Origin: Bugula neritina
Lineage: Eukaryota > Animalia > Bryozoa
NCBI GenBank assembly: GCA_964035545.1
Contig: OZ037768.1
Coordinates: forward strand, 4,186,741-4,250,740
Direction of reading: 5' to 3'
DNA: 64,000 bases
The position numbers and the translations under genes are program-made. Shown here piece after piece: positions 24,395-36,299 of this stretch. Position 1 is the stretch's first letter. The number at the start of each line of letters is the position of its first letter. The notes beneath the pieces were generated by a model that was not told the DNA's origin, did no database searches, and saw only the letters and a list, made by a program, of their open reading frames with translations.

Positions 24395-25483
24395 ATGGAA
24401 ACCAGTCTACCATCAGTCAGTTCTGATTTAATCGCCTTGATTGAATCACAACTACTGGGGACTGAGTCTTACGTGAAAGGCGACGAGAACATAAAGATGG
24501 CCGACGATCTACTAGATCTGGAGCTTGACACTATGTCTCTCTGTCAGTCTACACGACACGACTCAGTCCCTCGAGTGCTATCTGAAAAGATGTATGACTC
24601 CCAGACTAGTAACAGTCGGTTGTCATCAGAATTATGGTGTAAAGATCATATTCGATCTAACAGTAATTCTGCTCTTTTAGATACCGCTCTCTCTCCTCTC
24701 TCTGGTGACATGCCGTCACTAGAAATGGCTTGGAACGAGGAACCCGTTCCCACTACTCTTCCGGAGGCACTCCTACAACAATCATGCTGGGTTACAACAG
24801 ATACAGAAACACTGATACGAGAGCACAAGGGAGACGACCAATGCACCACCTGCCGTTTATGCCAGCTTCACTTCACTACCTCACGAAGACTTCGAGTTCA
24901 TATTCCCCAACATTATTTCACCACCTTTTGTCCCTGTGGTGAATATAGTTACCACAGGGACTACATCCTCCGTCACCAGCGAACTATGGGATGCCATATT
25001 GGACACCTGTTCGAAGTCGACGAACCCTCCTTTCCACAATTCCTTAATCTCATCCGACCGTTCATATCAGACCCAGTTCGATATGAACGGCTGCGTCAGG
25101 AGTTCCCCGCACCCAGGACCATCACACAGGGACCCTGCCCTAAACCACCCGGATATAGGAAACCACGCGTATCCCGTTCCTCACCCCCCGCACGCACAGT
25201 GCTCCACCCCGACTCCATACCAAGAGTCGTGTTACGACGCATCGATATACCACAGCGATGGCGTCCCTCCCCCCCTGTCTCCCCAAGGCCTTCTCGTAAA
25301 CGGCGTTGGCCATCTTCATCCCCCAACCGACACTCTGCCCCTGCCAGGAATCTAGGCGAGGCAGAAGAGCGGATACGAGAATTAGAGAAAGAGGTGCAAA
25401 GACTGACACCGAGAATCTCCGCCGCCGCATCAGAACTCCGGGCCCTCTCTGCCTCTGTAGCCCGAATGAAAGGAAGTGCTTGA
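24395..25483 (+). CDS. Retrotransposon ORF3: zinc-finger plus coiled-coil protein (362 aa), not Env-like
   Basis: Intact ATG-to-stop ORF between pol and the PPT/3' LTR. C2H2 finger CRLCQLHFTTSRRLRVHIPQH and a second finger CPCGEYSYHRDYILRHQRTMGCH. Basic RPSRKRR segment. Heptad-like C-terminus. No signal peptide or TM segment visible. Confidence 0.8.
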   Translation: METSLPSVSSDLIALIESQLLGTESYVKGDENIKMADDLLDLELDTMSLCQSTRHDSVPRVLSEKMYDSQTSNSRLSSELWCKDHIRSNSNSALLDTALSPLSGDMPSLEMAWNEEPVPTTLPEALLQQSCWVTTDTETLIREHKGDDQCTTCRLCQLHFTTSRRLRVHIPQHYFTTFCPCGEYSYHRDYILRHQRTMGCHIGHLFEVDEPSFPQFLNLIRPFISDPVRYERLRQEFPAPRTITQGPCPKPPGYRKPRVSRSSPPARTVLHPDSIPRVVLRRIDIPQRWRPSPPVSPRPSRKRRWPSSSPNRHSAPARNLGEAEERIRELEKEVQRLTPRISAAASELRALSASVARMKGSA

Positions 25484-25839
25484 AGATGATGCCCCTCCTC
25501 TCCCTATCCGTGATGGTACAGCAGGTGGTGCCCCATTACAGACCCTTCTCACGCCGGTGCTCACAAACAATTACTCAGTGTAACAATATAGTAACCTACC
25601 AGTATACAGCTCTACCTCTACAAACTATCCCTTATAAGTGCCTCCCGCCGGTGCCATTGTGTATTTACTGTTATATTTTTTTATATATGTATATGTTTCT
25701 TATTACTGTACATAGCCATGTTTTTCTCTTATGTACCACACGCTCTCTCGGTTTTTTTTATATAGTTTTATAACATTTTATGTTCGAATTTATTGTATCT
25801 GTGTTATCAGAAAGTAGGGCTTTCTGCTGGGGGGGGCGG

Positions 25840-26110
25840 TGTAGTAAGGACGTAATGCGCGCGTCCCCCGTATTCCTTCAGCCTATCCAAGTGCGTCACG
25901 TGATAGCCCTGAGTTAGTAGTAGTTTTGCAGTAGAGAGAGCGTGCTAACTAAGCGAAGATGTAATCTCTAATCTGTGTACGTGCTGTATCTTTTATATAA
26001 TTAGTAGTAAATAAACTTGGAAACTTTTACCTAAATACTTTATTGGTGTAGATAAATAGACATAATTACAAGCTAGGAACCCACGCATAGTAGTTACATA
26101 ACTTACTACA
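25840..26110 (+). repeat. 3' LTR (271 bp)
   Basis: Identical to the 5' LTR; preceded by the PPT. Confidence 0.96.
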
Positions 26111-26394
26111 ATATGTCAGTTATTAAATGTTACTTCGATGTAATTTTTATATAGTTTGCAAGAAATACTAACATTGATTAAGGTTTTGTTGATTAAGGTT
26201 CTTTTTGTATACGTTAAGAGTATCATGATTAGATACGTTTTATGTATGCCCAAAATATTAAGTTGATGCCACTATTACACTTGATGCTACTTAATACATT
26301 TTTAGTTGGCAAAATTAATGAAATTGTAAACCTATCTATCTGCTTTGCATGCTATTTTCAAATGTAAAATTGACATTTATATGAATTTTAGGTT

Positions 26395-29300
26395 ATGAAT
26401 GCCTTGGAATCTCTCAAAGAGCCCCCACCCCAACCAGTAAAGGCGGAGGCTGCTATAACTGCTCCTACAGTTACCAGTCTTCCCAAGCTTCCAAGAGCTA
26501 AAAAGGGTTATTTATATTAATTAACATAAAACAGTGAATAAAAGCAGTCACTTAATGGTCTTCTGCGGCATTAAATTTGCTAATTTCAACTAACAAAGTA
26601 TTTATATCCTCATGCATATTACTGTGTTCTATAGATTCAATAAATTTTTAGCTTGATAATACAATGGCTACAAGGTGACAAAAACTTTTTAACTTATTTA
26701 AACTAATTTTGCTTTTAATAACTGCTGTGTTGAATAGTTGGTAACTTAATTAAAGAAAAAATAACAGATTGTATAAAAAATAAGGCTTATAAACGACTTT
26801 TGCAACTGTGTTAGATAGTTAGTAGAATAAGTTTTTCTTGATTGTGAATACTGTAGTTATAGGCTTTTAATGTAGTTTTGTATTATGCTAAACATCTATG
26901 TAGTTCCGGAGTTGCCTATCATTGAAAGAAGGAACTGGCTAATACATCTGCATTATATTCAAAAAGACTATGAGAGATGCATGGAGATAGTGAATGAGCA
27001 GTTGGCAGAAACAGGGGGAATGTGTGAATACGCCATCTATGCTAAAGGTGTGTATATAACAGCTGGTCTCCACTGTAAATCCTGAGTTTAAGGTTGTGGG
27101 CAGTCCAAATTAATTTGGAGTCGCTGCTTGTTTTGTTATAAAACATAAGTTTGAAAGGCAGGAACTGCTAAACCTTATAGTCTATATTGTATTTTTGTTT
27201 TTTTTGTTCCACCTAGTAAAAACTGATCCTAAAAATTATTTTAAAATTAAAATGTTTAGTTAATCTGAAATCATAAATAGTTCTAAATTTAATCTAAAAT
27301 AGGAAATTAAATTGTCTAATTTTGTGAAAAAGACTTTTTTACAAAATCCTATTGCTGTGTAAATAAAGCTTATATTCCCATCTGGTCATAGTTGTTGGTA
27401 GAACTATTTCTTACCACTTATTATCAACTTAATTACATTAATTTTTCAGCCCTTATGCTGCGACAAGATGGAAAAATACAAGAATCTTTGGAGCTCTTTC
27501 AAACTTGTAGTATTCTCAATCCAAACTCTTGTGACAACATGAAACAGGTTGCTAGATCCTTGTAAGTCACATTATGACCGCTCGTAATGTGACTCACTAA
27601 TCTAATGTGACTCACTAGTCTAATGTGACTCACTAGTCTAATGTGACTCACTAATCTAATGTGACTCACTAATCTAATGTGACTCACTAGTCTAATGTGA
27701 CTCACTAGTCTAATGTGACTCACTAGTCTAATGTGACTCACTAGTCTGATGTAACTCACTAGTCTCCTGTGACTCACTAATCTACTGTAACTCTCTAGTC
27801 TAATGTGACTCACTAGTCTGATGTGACTCACTAGTCTAATGTGACTCACTAGTTTAATGTGACTCACTAGTCTAATGTGACTCACTAGTTTAATGTGACT
27901 CACTAGTTTAATGTGACTCACTAGTCTAATGTGACTCACTAGTCTAAAGTGACTCACTAGTCTAATGTGACTCAGTATGTAAATAATAATAGCTGTACAA
28001 CTGTTGGGAAAGAGGTTTGCTTTCACTGTATCTCAAGTTACATCAATTAATTTCTATTTTTGAAGTCAGTATTTACTTGAACCAATTTGACTTGCAATTA
28101 CAAATGTTAGTGCTCTGTGTGTGCACCGAGTATCGTGTGAAACTTCTACCTGCAGATTTCTCTTGGGCCGACACCGTGCAGCTATTGATGTGTATAACGA
28201 AGCAGCTACAATGAAAGAGCAAGATTGGGTGAGCAGACTTTACATTTTACCAACTTATTAGAACTCTAGTAATATACTGCAGAACACAGCCTTAGATATG
28301 ATTTTCAGGAAGTGTACCACAACCAGGGGGTGTGCTACATGTACCTCAATGAGAGAAACCAGGCGAAAACTCTTCTACAGAAAGCAATAGACTGTCAGAA
28401 ACATGAACTGTCTTTCATAATGCTGGGCAAATGCTACATCCATGAGCAGGATACTAGGAAAGCTATTGAGATATTCAAGCAAGCAGTAGAGTAAGTTTTA
28501 CATGTTCTGATTGGACATTCAAACTCTGTGAGCAGCTGTCACTCAGTGGATGCAGGTGCTTGTCTAACAGATGCTCACTCTAGGTCTCATTGTTGTGATG
28601 TCAGAATGGCATTTATTTACAATATTTTGCTCTGAACTGGAGAAACCATACTGCTAGCAGAGTTTGCAACTCTAAATATTAAATAACTGTTTGATTGATT
28701 TACACATTAGCAATAGTAAACTATATTTTTTAAGAAAAAATTATTTAGTGCTCCAGTGATTTTTTTACATGTAATTTGCGTTGTAAAAATATTTACAGAT
28801 TTTTAATGATTAAATTCTTAGCCCAAGTCTGTGTAATATAATATATTTAGGTAATTTAAAACAGCAAATTTGTTTTATTTTATAGGTTTTCCCCAGAAAA
28901 TCCTGATTTGCTGGCTACTTTAGGCATCCTGTATATTGAAGTAAGTGAATAGACTTGAGCAAAATTCTGATGACTACGTTAGGGTAGATCACCATTAAAC
29001 TAGTTCTGTCTGTGAGCTTCACTGTTAAAACTTTTTCAGTTTGGGTTTTAGATCCTGTGTACTATATTATTAGTATCATAACTATAAACTATTAGTAACT
29101 CTAAACTGTAAAGTCTAAACTTTTAGTAACTATAAACTATTACTAACTCTAAACTATCAATGACATAAATGATTAGTAAACTATTAGTAACTATCAACTA
29201 TTAGTAACTATCAACTATTAGTAACTATCAACTGTTAGTAACTATCAACTATTAGTATCAGTCAAACACATGGCTCACACTACTATTGAATGTAGGCTGG

Positions 29301-32300
29301 CAACTACCAGAAAGCCTTTGAACACCTGGGCAATGCCATGACTCATGATAATCAGCATATTCAGTCGATACTGGCTGCCGGGAAACTGATGCAGCAGTTT
29401 GGAGAGTTTGACGTGGCCCTCACCAAGTACAGGATCGGCAGCAGGGAGACACCGGAAAGTGCGCCCATGTGGAACAATATTGGAATGTGCTTCTTTGGCA
29501 AAAAGAAGTTTGTTGCTGTAAGTGTAGGCCATAGGGGTCAACGACCTTGAACCTCTGTAAAATTGAAATTAAATGTTTAACATAATTTAAGAACTTTATT
29601 ATTTTTAAAGATGCCTGCCAATACATTGTTACCAATGCTAATCGTTTATTGCTAGAATTCTCATGCAACTCATCAAATTTATCCATTTATTTTCTTTTTT
29701 CACAACAGTTCTATCTTTTATAAAACAGAAAACTTGAAAGCTGATGAAATTATCATAGCTTTACTTTCATTGTTCATTCAGTCATATTTTTCATTTTCTG
29801 ATGCTTTTTGGCGAAATGTTATTGATGCCAGTCTACATGAATTTAGGCAATAGCATGTCTGAAAAGAGCCAGCTATCTCTCTCCATTTCACTGGAAGATA
29901 CTGTACAATCTGGGACTGGCTCATTTGCACATGCAGCAGTATGCGTCAGCTTTCCAGTTCTTCAGCGCTGCCATTAACTTTAACAACAAACACGCTCCTC
30001 TTTACATGCTTTTGGCAGGTATGAGTTGGAAATATAGTTGTACAGTATATAAACACACCATGTATGGAATTGTTTACATCAAATATATCTCATTTTTATT
30101 GTGAGTAAACAATAGTGAATCATAATCACTGTAAAGTTATACATACTTGTGCGATGTAATGTTGCTATGTCGCAATAGCTCCAGGGAACCCATTTAGCAC
30201 CACTTTTCAACCACTTTCTAAGTAATATATTATTTAAGTTTTGGTGGAGTTGTGTTGTCATTGACGTGATAATACTTTCAGTGGCCCTCACTCATCTTGA
30301 TGACAAGGAAAATGCTAGAAATGCTTATGAAGAAGCTGTGAGGTTATCAGACACGTGAGTTTTAATAAATAGTTGTCTGGCAGTATTTAGGTGCTGTGAA
30401 AGAGAAATTTTGATAGCCTAAGTTCTTTAACTATCTTTATAAATTTTGGTTAAAGGCACGGGTTTGAGACCCGCATGGTGACATAACTTCTTTTGCAATA
30501 TTTTCCAATTTCTCCATTACTGCACCTAGCTATCTGATAATATACGTAAGCTGTCTACTACAGTCTGTAGTAAGTAGAGACAATGCTTGACTAGCATCAT
30601 AATTTAGTCTATATGTAAGTGTATTTGAAAGTGTGTGGTGACATGATAAGGTAGAAACTGTTGTTATAGGAGTAAAATATTATGTCATACACCTTTGTCA
30701 GTATTGGAGTTTCTTGTATCAACCCGTAGGAAGGAACTTTCAATACCTCTCAACTATTCCGTATTCTTATACAAGAATGGAGACAAGAAAGGGGCCAGCA
30801 AACAGTTTACAACATTTGAACACAGAATCAAGGAGAGGAAAGACAGGGGAGATAAAGACTTTGATAGTCAGGTACTGTTCTATGTAGAGTATTGTATATA
30901 CTGTGTAGAGTATTGTATATACTGTGTAAAGTATTGTATATACTGTGTAGAGTATTGTATATACTGTGTAGAGTATTGTATATACTGTGTAAAATATTGT
31001 ATGCATTGTGTAAAATTGCCAGATCATTGTGTTATTTTATTTATGTTCAGCTATTTATCATACAATAAATAAAATATTATAGAATGAACATAATATTTTA
31101 TGATAAATGTAGTATTACATAATAAATATAATAATATATAATAAATGTCATATTATATAATAAATATTTTGTGAATTAACTAGCCATTAGTTAACAGATT
31201 ACCCAATGGCACACAATAGCCTGTAAATATTGTAGTTGATACAAGTCAGTTTGAAACTGGGTCCAGCTCTTCAGCTGGGTGAGAGTTTAGTATGGCAGAG
31301 CAGACCTGAGGCTAAGACTGAAAGTGTGAAGCCTCCTCCCCCTCCCCAACACATGGCTGAGCCAGTAGTTGTGCCCACAGAACAAAGGTAAATCTAGTAC
31401 AGTGGTGTGTGCATGTAAATACTGATATAGGTTAATTATTAATGCATACATTATATCACACTACTTTATCTAATATATCACATGCTTCAATTACAAGCAT
31501 TTAGAATAATTATCTAAAAGATGTACTATATTTGTTAATACTCTAATATTTTTGTGTCTAGTCTTCAAATCATGATCTACTGATTGTCTATAGAAAAGGT
31601 TATCTACACCGTACTGTACATACCTACACCGTACTGTACATACCTACACTGTACTGTACATACCTACACTGTACTGTACATACCTACACTGTACTGTACA
31701 TACCTACACTGTACTGTACATACCTACACTGTACTGTACATACCTACACTGTTCTGTACATACCTACACTGTACTGTACATACCTACACTGTACTGTACA
31801 TACCTACACTGTACTGTACATACCTACACTGTACTGTACATATCTACACTGTACTGTACATATCTACACTGTACTGTACATATCTACACTGTACTGTACA
31901 TACCTACACTGTACTGTACATACCTACACTGTACTGTACATACCTACACTGTACTGTACATACCTACACTGTACTGTACATACCTACACTGTACTGTACA
32001 TACCTACACTGTACTGTACATACCTACACTGTACTGTACATATCTACACTGTACTGTACATATCTACACTGTACTGTACATACCTACACTGTACTGTACA
32101 TATCTACACTGTACTGTACATACCTACACTGTACTGTACATACCTACACTGTACTGTACATACCTACACTGTACTGTACATACCTACACTGTACTGTACA
32201 TATCTACACTGTACTGTACATATCTACACTGTACTGTACATATCTACACTGTACTATACATACCTACACTGTACTGTACATACCTACACTGTACTGTACA

Positions 32301-32611
32301 TACCTACACTGTACTGTACATACCTACACTGTACTGTACATACCTCTGCATGACTATTCTATTTCTACAGTCAAGCGCCGGCAGCTGAAGAGTTACCCTC
32401 CTATGATGCTGCCGTAGCCAATACTAGAACCTCGCTGCCACCTATTAGAGCATCAGCTCCTCCTCTCAATGCTATAGAAAAAGCCCCGGCCCCTCCTGGG
32501 GATGACCTGGAGGGGAGACTAAATGAGCAGGAAATTGTGAATGCGCCCGAACCTCCGTCCAACGACCCCTCAAGTGCATCTGAGAAGAGCTCACTTGCTC
32601 TGGAGAGTTAG
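26395..32611 (+). CDS. BBS4: Bardet-Biedl syndrome 4 protein (BBSome TPR subunit), 12 coding exons
   Basis: Exons 26395-26506, 26904-27047, 27450-27561, 28156-28228, 28309-28490, 28886-28940, 29296-29517, 29847-30018, 30282-30354, 30730-30871, 31236-31387, 32371-32611, all GT-AG and phase-compatible. Signature peptides [67 protein letters not shown]. Confidence 0.95.
27585..27975. repeat. 18-bp minisatellite (TCTAATGTGACTCACTAG), about 21 copies, BBS4 intron
   Basis: Visible tandem units; source of the spurious LVSHIR ORF. Confidence 0.95.
29080..29255. repeat. About 17-bp minisatellite (AACTATTAGTAACTATC), BBS4 intron
   Basis: Visible, partly degenerate tandem units. Confidence 0.8.
30873..31014. 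repeat. 21-bp minisatellite (ATACTGTGTAGAGTATTGTAT), 6-7 copies, starting at a BBS4 splice donor
   Basis: Visible tandem units. Confidence 0.9.
31601..32345. repeat. 20-bp minisatellite (TACCTACACTGTACTGTACA), about 37 copies, last BBS4 intron
   Basis: Near-perfect tandem array with C/T variants. Confidence 0.97.
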
Positions 32612-34329
32612 TCACTTTCTGCTTTCTGCTCTTACCTTGCTTTCATTTTATTTCATCAAATATTGTAAATAAGTATACAGCAAGCTCTGTGATGCAACAT
32701 TCTCAACTTCACTATTTAATTATGCTTAATAAAAATTGCTCTTTGAAATGACATTTTTTAATTGCTGGTCATGTAACTTATAAGTAACAAAAATAGTTAT
32801 TAGAGTATAGTTTGAAGCTTATTGGATCACATGCTATATGACCATTTTTACTGAAAGGAGCAAACACTGATGATTGTGTTGTTAAAGGGAAGGTTTCTCG
32901 GTGTAGTTCACTATTTTCAGCTTGAGCTTATGATTATTTCTATAAAGTTCACATATGTTGGTATAAGAAAGTATTTTATATGGTATAAAAATAAATCTAT
33001 ATAGTATAAAACCAGTAATAAACAGTTAGTCTACCTTATTACGAATAATATGTAAACCTAGTTTCTTGATTTGTATAAAAAAAAACAATGAAAACAATTA
33101 TGCCTAGTTTGTGTTTCTAGCAAGTATAAAGCTGATGTTATGACGCTGCGTCATCAGTAGTTTTATTCTTTGATGAGTTGACAGATGAGTGAGTTTTTTC
33201 TTTCGCAACGAATAATGTGATGTCAGCAACAGCCATACATACAAATGAGCAGACGACTACAAATAAAGAGAATACAACTCCTTATAGTGAACATGTGCCT
33301 ACAGGCTACAAACACTGCTATGTTTTAGGATTATTGTACATGGGATATTAGATTACATGATTACAGCTTGAGTATTACCGCAAATAAACAAAATACTGCC
33401 TGCATGCATTTCTTTTAAGCACTGGGGGGGGGGGGGGGAGGGTTGATGCCCACATTGAGAACTGCTTAGTTAAATAGATTAAATAAGTCTAATGAAAATG
33501 TGAATTGCAAATAAGAAGACCAATGGTAAATTATACCTGTAATTTCCAGCCAACTATTCAATTTTGAAATGTTATACCAGTTATAAATCATTTGCTAGAA
33601 TATGATGCGTCTCAAATCTATATCTCTGAATGTATATTTCTATAAGGCTGATCCAACAGCTGATCCAACAGCCATTAGGCTGTGCTACGATGATTTTGAG
33701 GAGCTTTCCAGAGTTACTTAAGTTACTCTAACGTTAAGGCTTGTTTACAACTCTGCTGAAGAAGTGACAAGCTCTACAGTTTCTTCAACTTTTTTTATCG
33801 TAAAACACACCTTTAGGCTAGTTATACAGGTTTACAGTAAACAATAATATAATACAATATATTAGCTTTATAAGACACTTCAACTTACCTAGACACAGCC
33901 AGTACGAGTAGATAAGAGGGAAGTTTTGCATAACTACAAAAATATAATTCAAACTGTGTTATTATATAATATATTATTTGTAGATCATGTCAAAAATGTG
34001 CAACAAAATAACAATTACGTTCATGTAATTGTAGTTCATGTAAAATATTAACTTTTCTCCAAAAGATATACAGTATTTCACTATAGTTTCAAATGTAGTC
34101 ACACAACTAGACTGTGTAGAGTATGTTTGATATTTATAACTTAGACCAGAATCTGAACTCACCAATACAAGAGACTGTGATGTGGATAAGAGTAACTAAG
34201 GCTACAAACAGCCACACTGACTTCTGAACCGAGATGAGTAATATCAACAGGAGCATTGAATAGGCAGCTACTAGAGACATCAAGTTTACTGCAATTAAAA
34301 TGATAATTTCCACGTAGGTCATCATCATA

Positions 34330-34912
34330 TAATCTACAATCTACTTACACTATATGATTGTGCATGTGTAATATATACCTATATCTACAATCTACCTATA
34401 TATACACTACAGTTTACTTACAGTCTTACACTATATAATGTACATGTGTAATATAGGTACTTATATATACAATCTACTTATAATGTATATACAGTCTACT
34501 TAGTACTTACTGGACACTACAGTCTACATACATGTACAATCTACTTACACTACAGTCTACATTCATGTACAACCTACTTACATGACAGTCTACATACATG
34601 TACAACCTACTTACACTACAGTCTACATATATGTACAATCTACTTACATGACAGTCTACATACATGTACAACCTACTTACATGACAGTCTACATACATGT
34701 ACAACCTACTTACATGACAGTCTACATACATGTACAACCTACTTACACTACAGTCTACATATATGTACAACCTACTTACATGACAGTCTACATACATGTA
34801 CAACCTACTTACATGACAGTCTACATACATGTACAACCTACTTACATGACAGTCTACATACATGTACAACCTACTTACACTACAGTCTACATATATGTAC
34901 AACCTACTTACA
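34330..34912. repeat. 33-bp minisatellite (CAGTCTACATACATGTACAACCTACTTACATGA), about 12 good copies plus a degenerate 5' part
   Basis: Visible tandem units; 11-aa periodic spurious ORFs. Confidence 0.93.
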
Positions 34913-36299
34913 TATTCAGTATGATTTATATATATATTATCTGCAACTTAAACTCAGACCTTAAAATTGGTCTGTTGAAAACTTAACTGAAGAGTACTTA
35001 CTTGTACTTGTACTTACTTTTTGACGGAATTGAAAAGGTGCAACATTTGTCCAAGTCAACCCATGTTATAAAATCAAATGGAGATTTTGGATCGAATTTT
35101 TCTATCCTAGAATAGTAAGCAAGAGCAAGCATATTATTATTATTAAAAATGTTATGGAAAATGCATATGCTTGAAGTGTAGGAACACAATTAACAGTGTT
35201 TAAACATTAATAATTGATTCAATGATAATTGACTGAATGTATTAGGTTTAAGTTTGTGTATTGTAGAACAGTTGATTCCCATTATAATATCATATTTTCA
35301 TATAAAAGTATATCATTCTGCAGAAGCAGACTACAAATATACAGCCGGATACTATAGCAGGGGACAACATATACGTCTGCTGTTGAATGTGATGTAAAAA
35401 TCGATATGAAGCTTGACACAAACCTATAAGCACCATTCCCTATGCTAGCCATCAAGTATAGTCCAGTATAGAAGAAAAATATACACTTGGACAGCTGCCA
35501 TAAGATTATCTGAAAGAATAAACCCAGACCTATGTAAATAACTCGCACTAAAACTGAGAAGGACAATGATTTAAGTTGGAAAACATAAAATAGAGTGACA
35601 TCACATGATGAGGTATATAAGAGTTATATTGTATTGCGGTAGTGAATGTGTATTCATGTCATACTCTGATTCAACATGTATACATGAAATTATCATACAT
35701 ATTGTTATGTAAAGCTTACAGCACATACCTTACAGATTTCCAATACTCTCTCCTTATCCGGCATTGAATACAGCTCATTTACTGCTACTACTAATATAAC
35801 TTATTAATATAGTACATTACATGCATGTAATTTTAATGGCAGTCTTGGTTTCTTATAAACTAACACAGTAACTAAACTACTGTTAGTACTTCATTCAGTA
35901 ACTCATTGTTTACGTTTATTAACTCAACTGTAGGCATTAAATTACCTGCAATTCAAAAGAGCTACTCTTTGTTTATATGCAGCTAAGCAATCATTACTTT
36001 TGAACCAATCAGAAGCCGTAATAAACAAGATCGGTCTTCCTAGTATATAAGCCATACTTAGACTAAAATTAAGCACAATATATTCAATAACACATCTCTC
36101 TGTGGCATTAGCAATCAATACAACCGAGGTAAGAAAGAGCTGTGTTACGCTGCAGCAGTTGAGCTGCACATTTATCAATTTGAAAGTCTCCAACTGAAAA
36201 CAGGCAGTCAGAGTTAAGCTGCTCTACGATATTTCAGTTATTGTGCAAGGCATTTGAAATTTTAGCATAAATAATTTTTCCTTATAGAATCAGCAAACA

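Larger units (their letters stand above)
18539..26110 (+). mobile_element. Full-length Ty3/Gypsy LTR retrotransposon (7572 bp) with an extra ORF3
   Basis: Identical 271-bp LTRs (18539-18809, 25840-26110) with 9-bp terminal inverted repeat TGTAGTAAG/CTTACTACA. PBS 18811-18829; G-rich PPT 25829-25839. Domain order Gag-PR-RT-RH-IN. No matching TSD. Confidence 0.97.

Noticed and set aside
24395-25483. ORF3 as an envelope gene
   Set aside because: No signal peptide, fusion peptide or transmembrane anchor; zinc-finger and coiled-coil features instead.
3587-26110. The large Gypsy element as helper for the Gag-protease element
   Set aside because: Different primer tRNAs (Leu versus Ser), unrelated LTRs beyond TGTA...TACA, and dissimilar Gag; proximity alone is not evidence.
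31601-32345. Regular 20-33 bp arrays as possible CRISPR arrays
   Set aside because: Head-to-tail repeats with no unique spacers, no cas genes, and a eukaryotic context.
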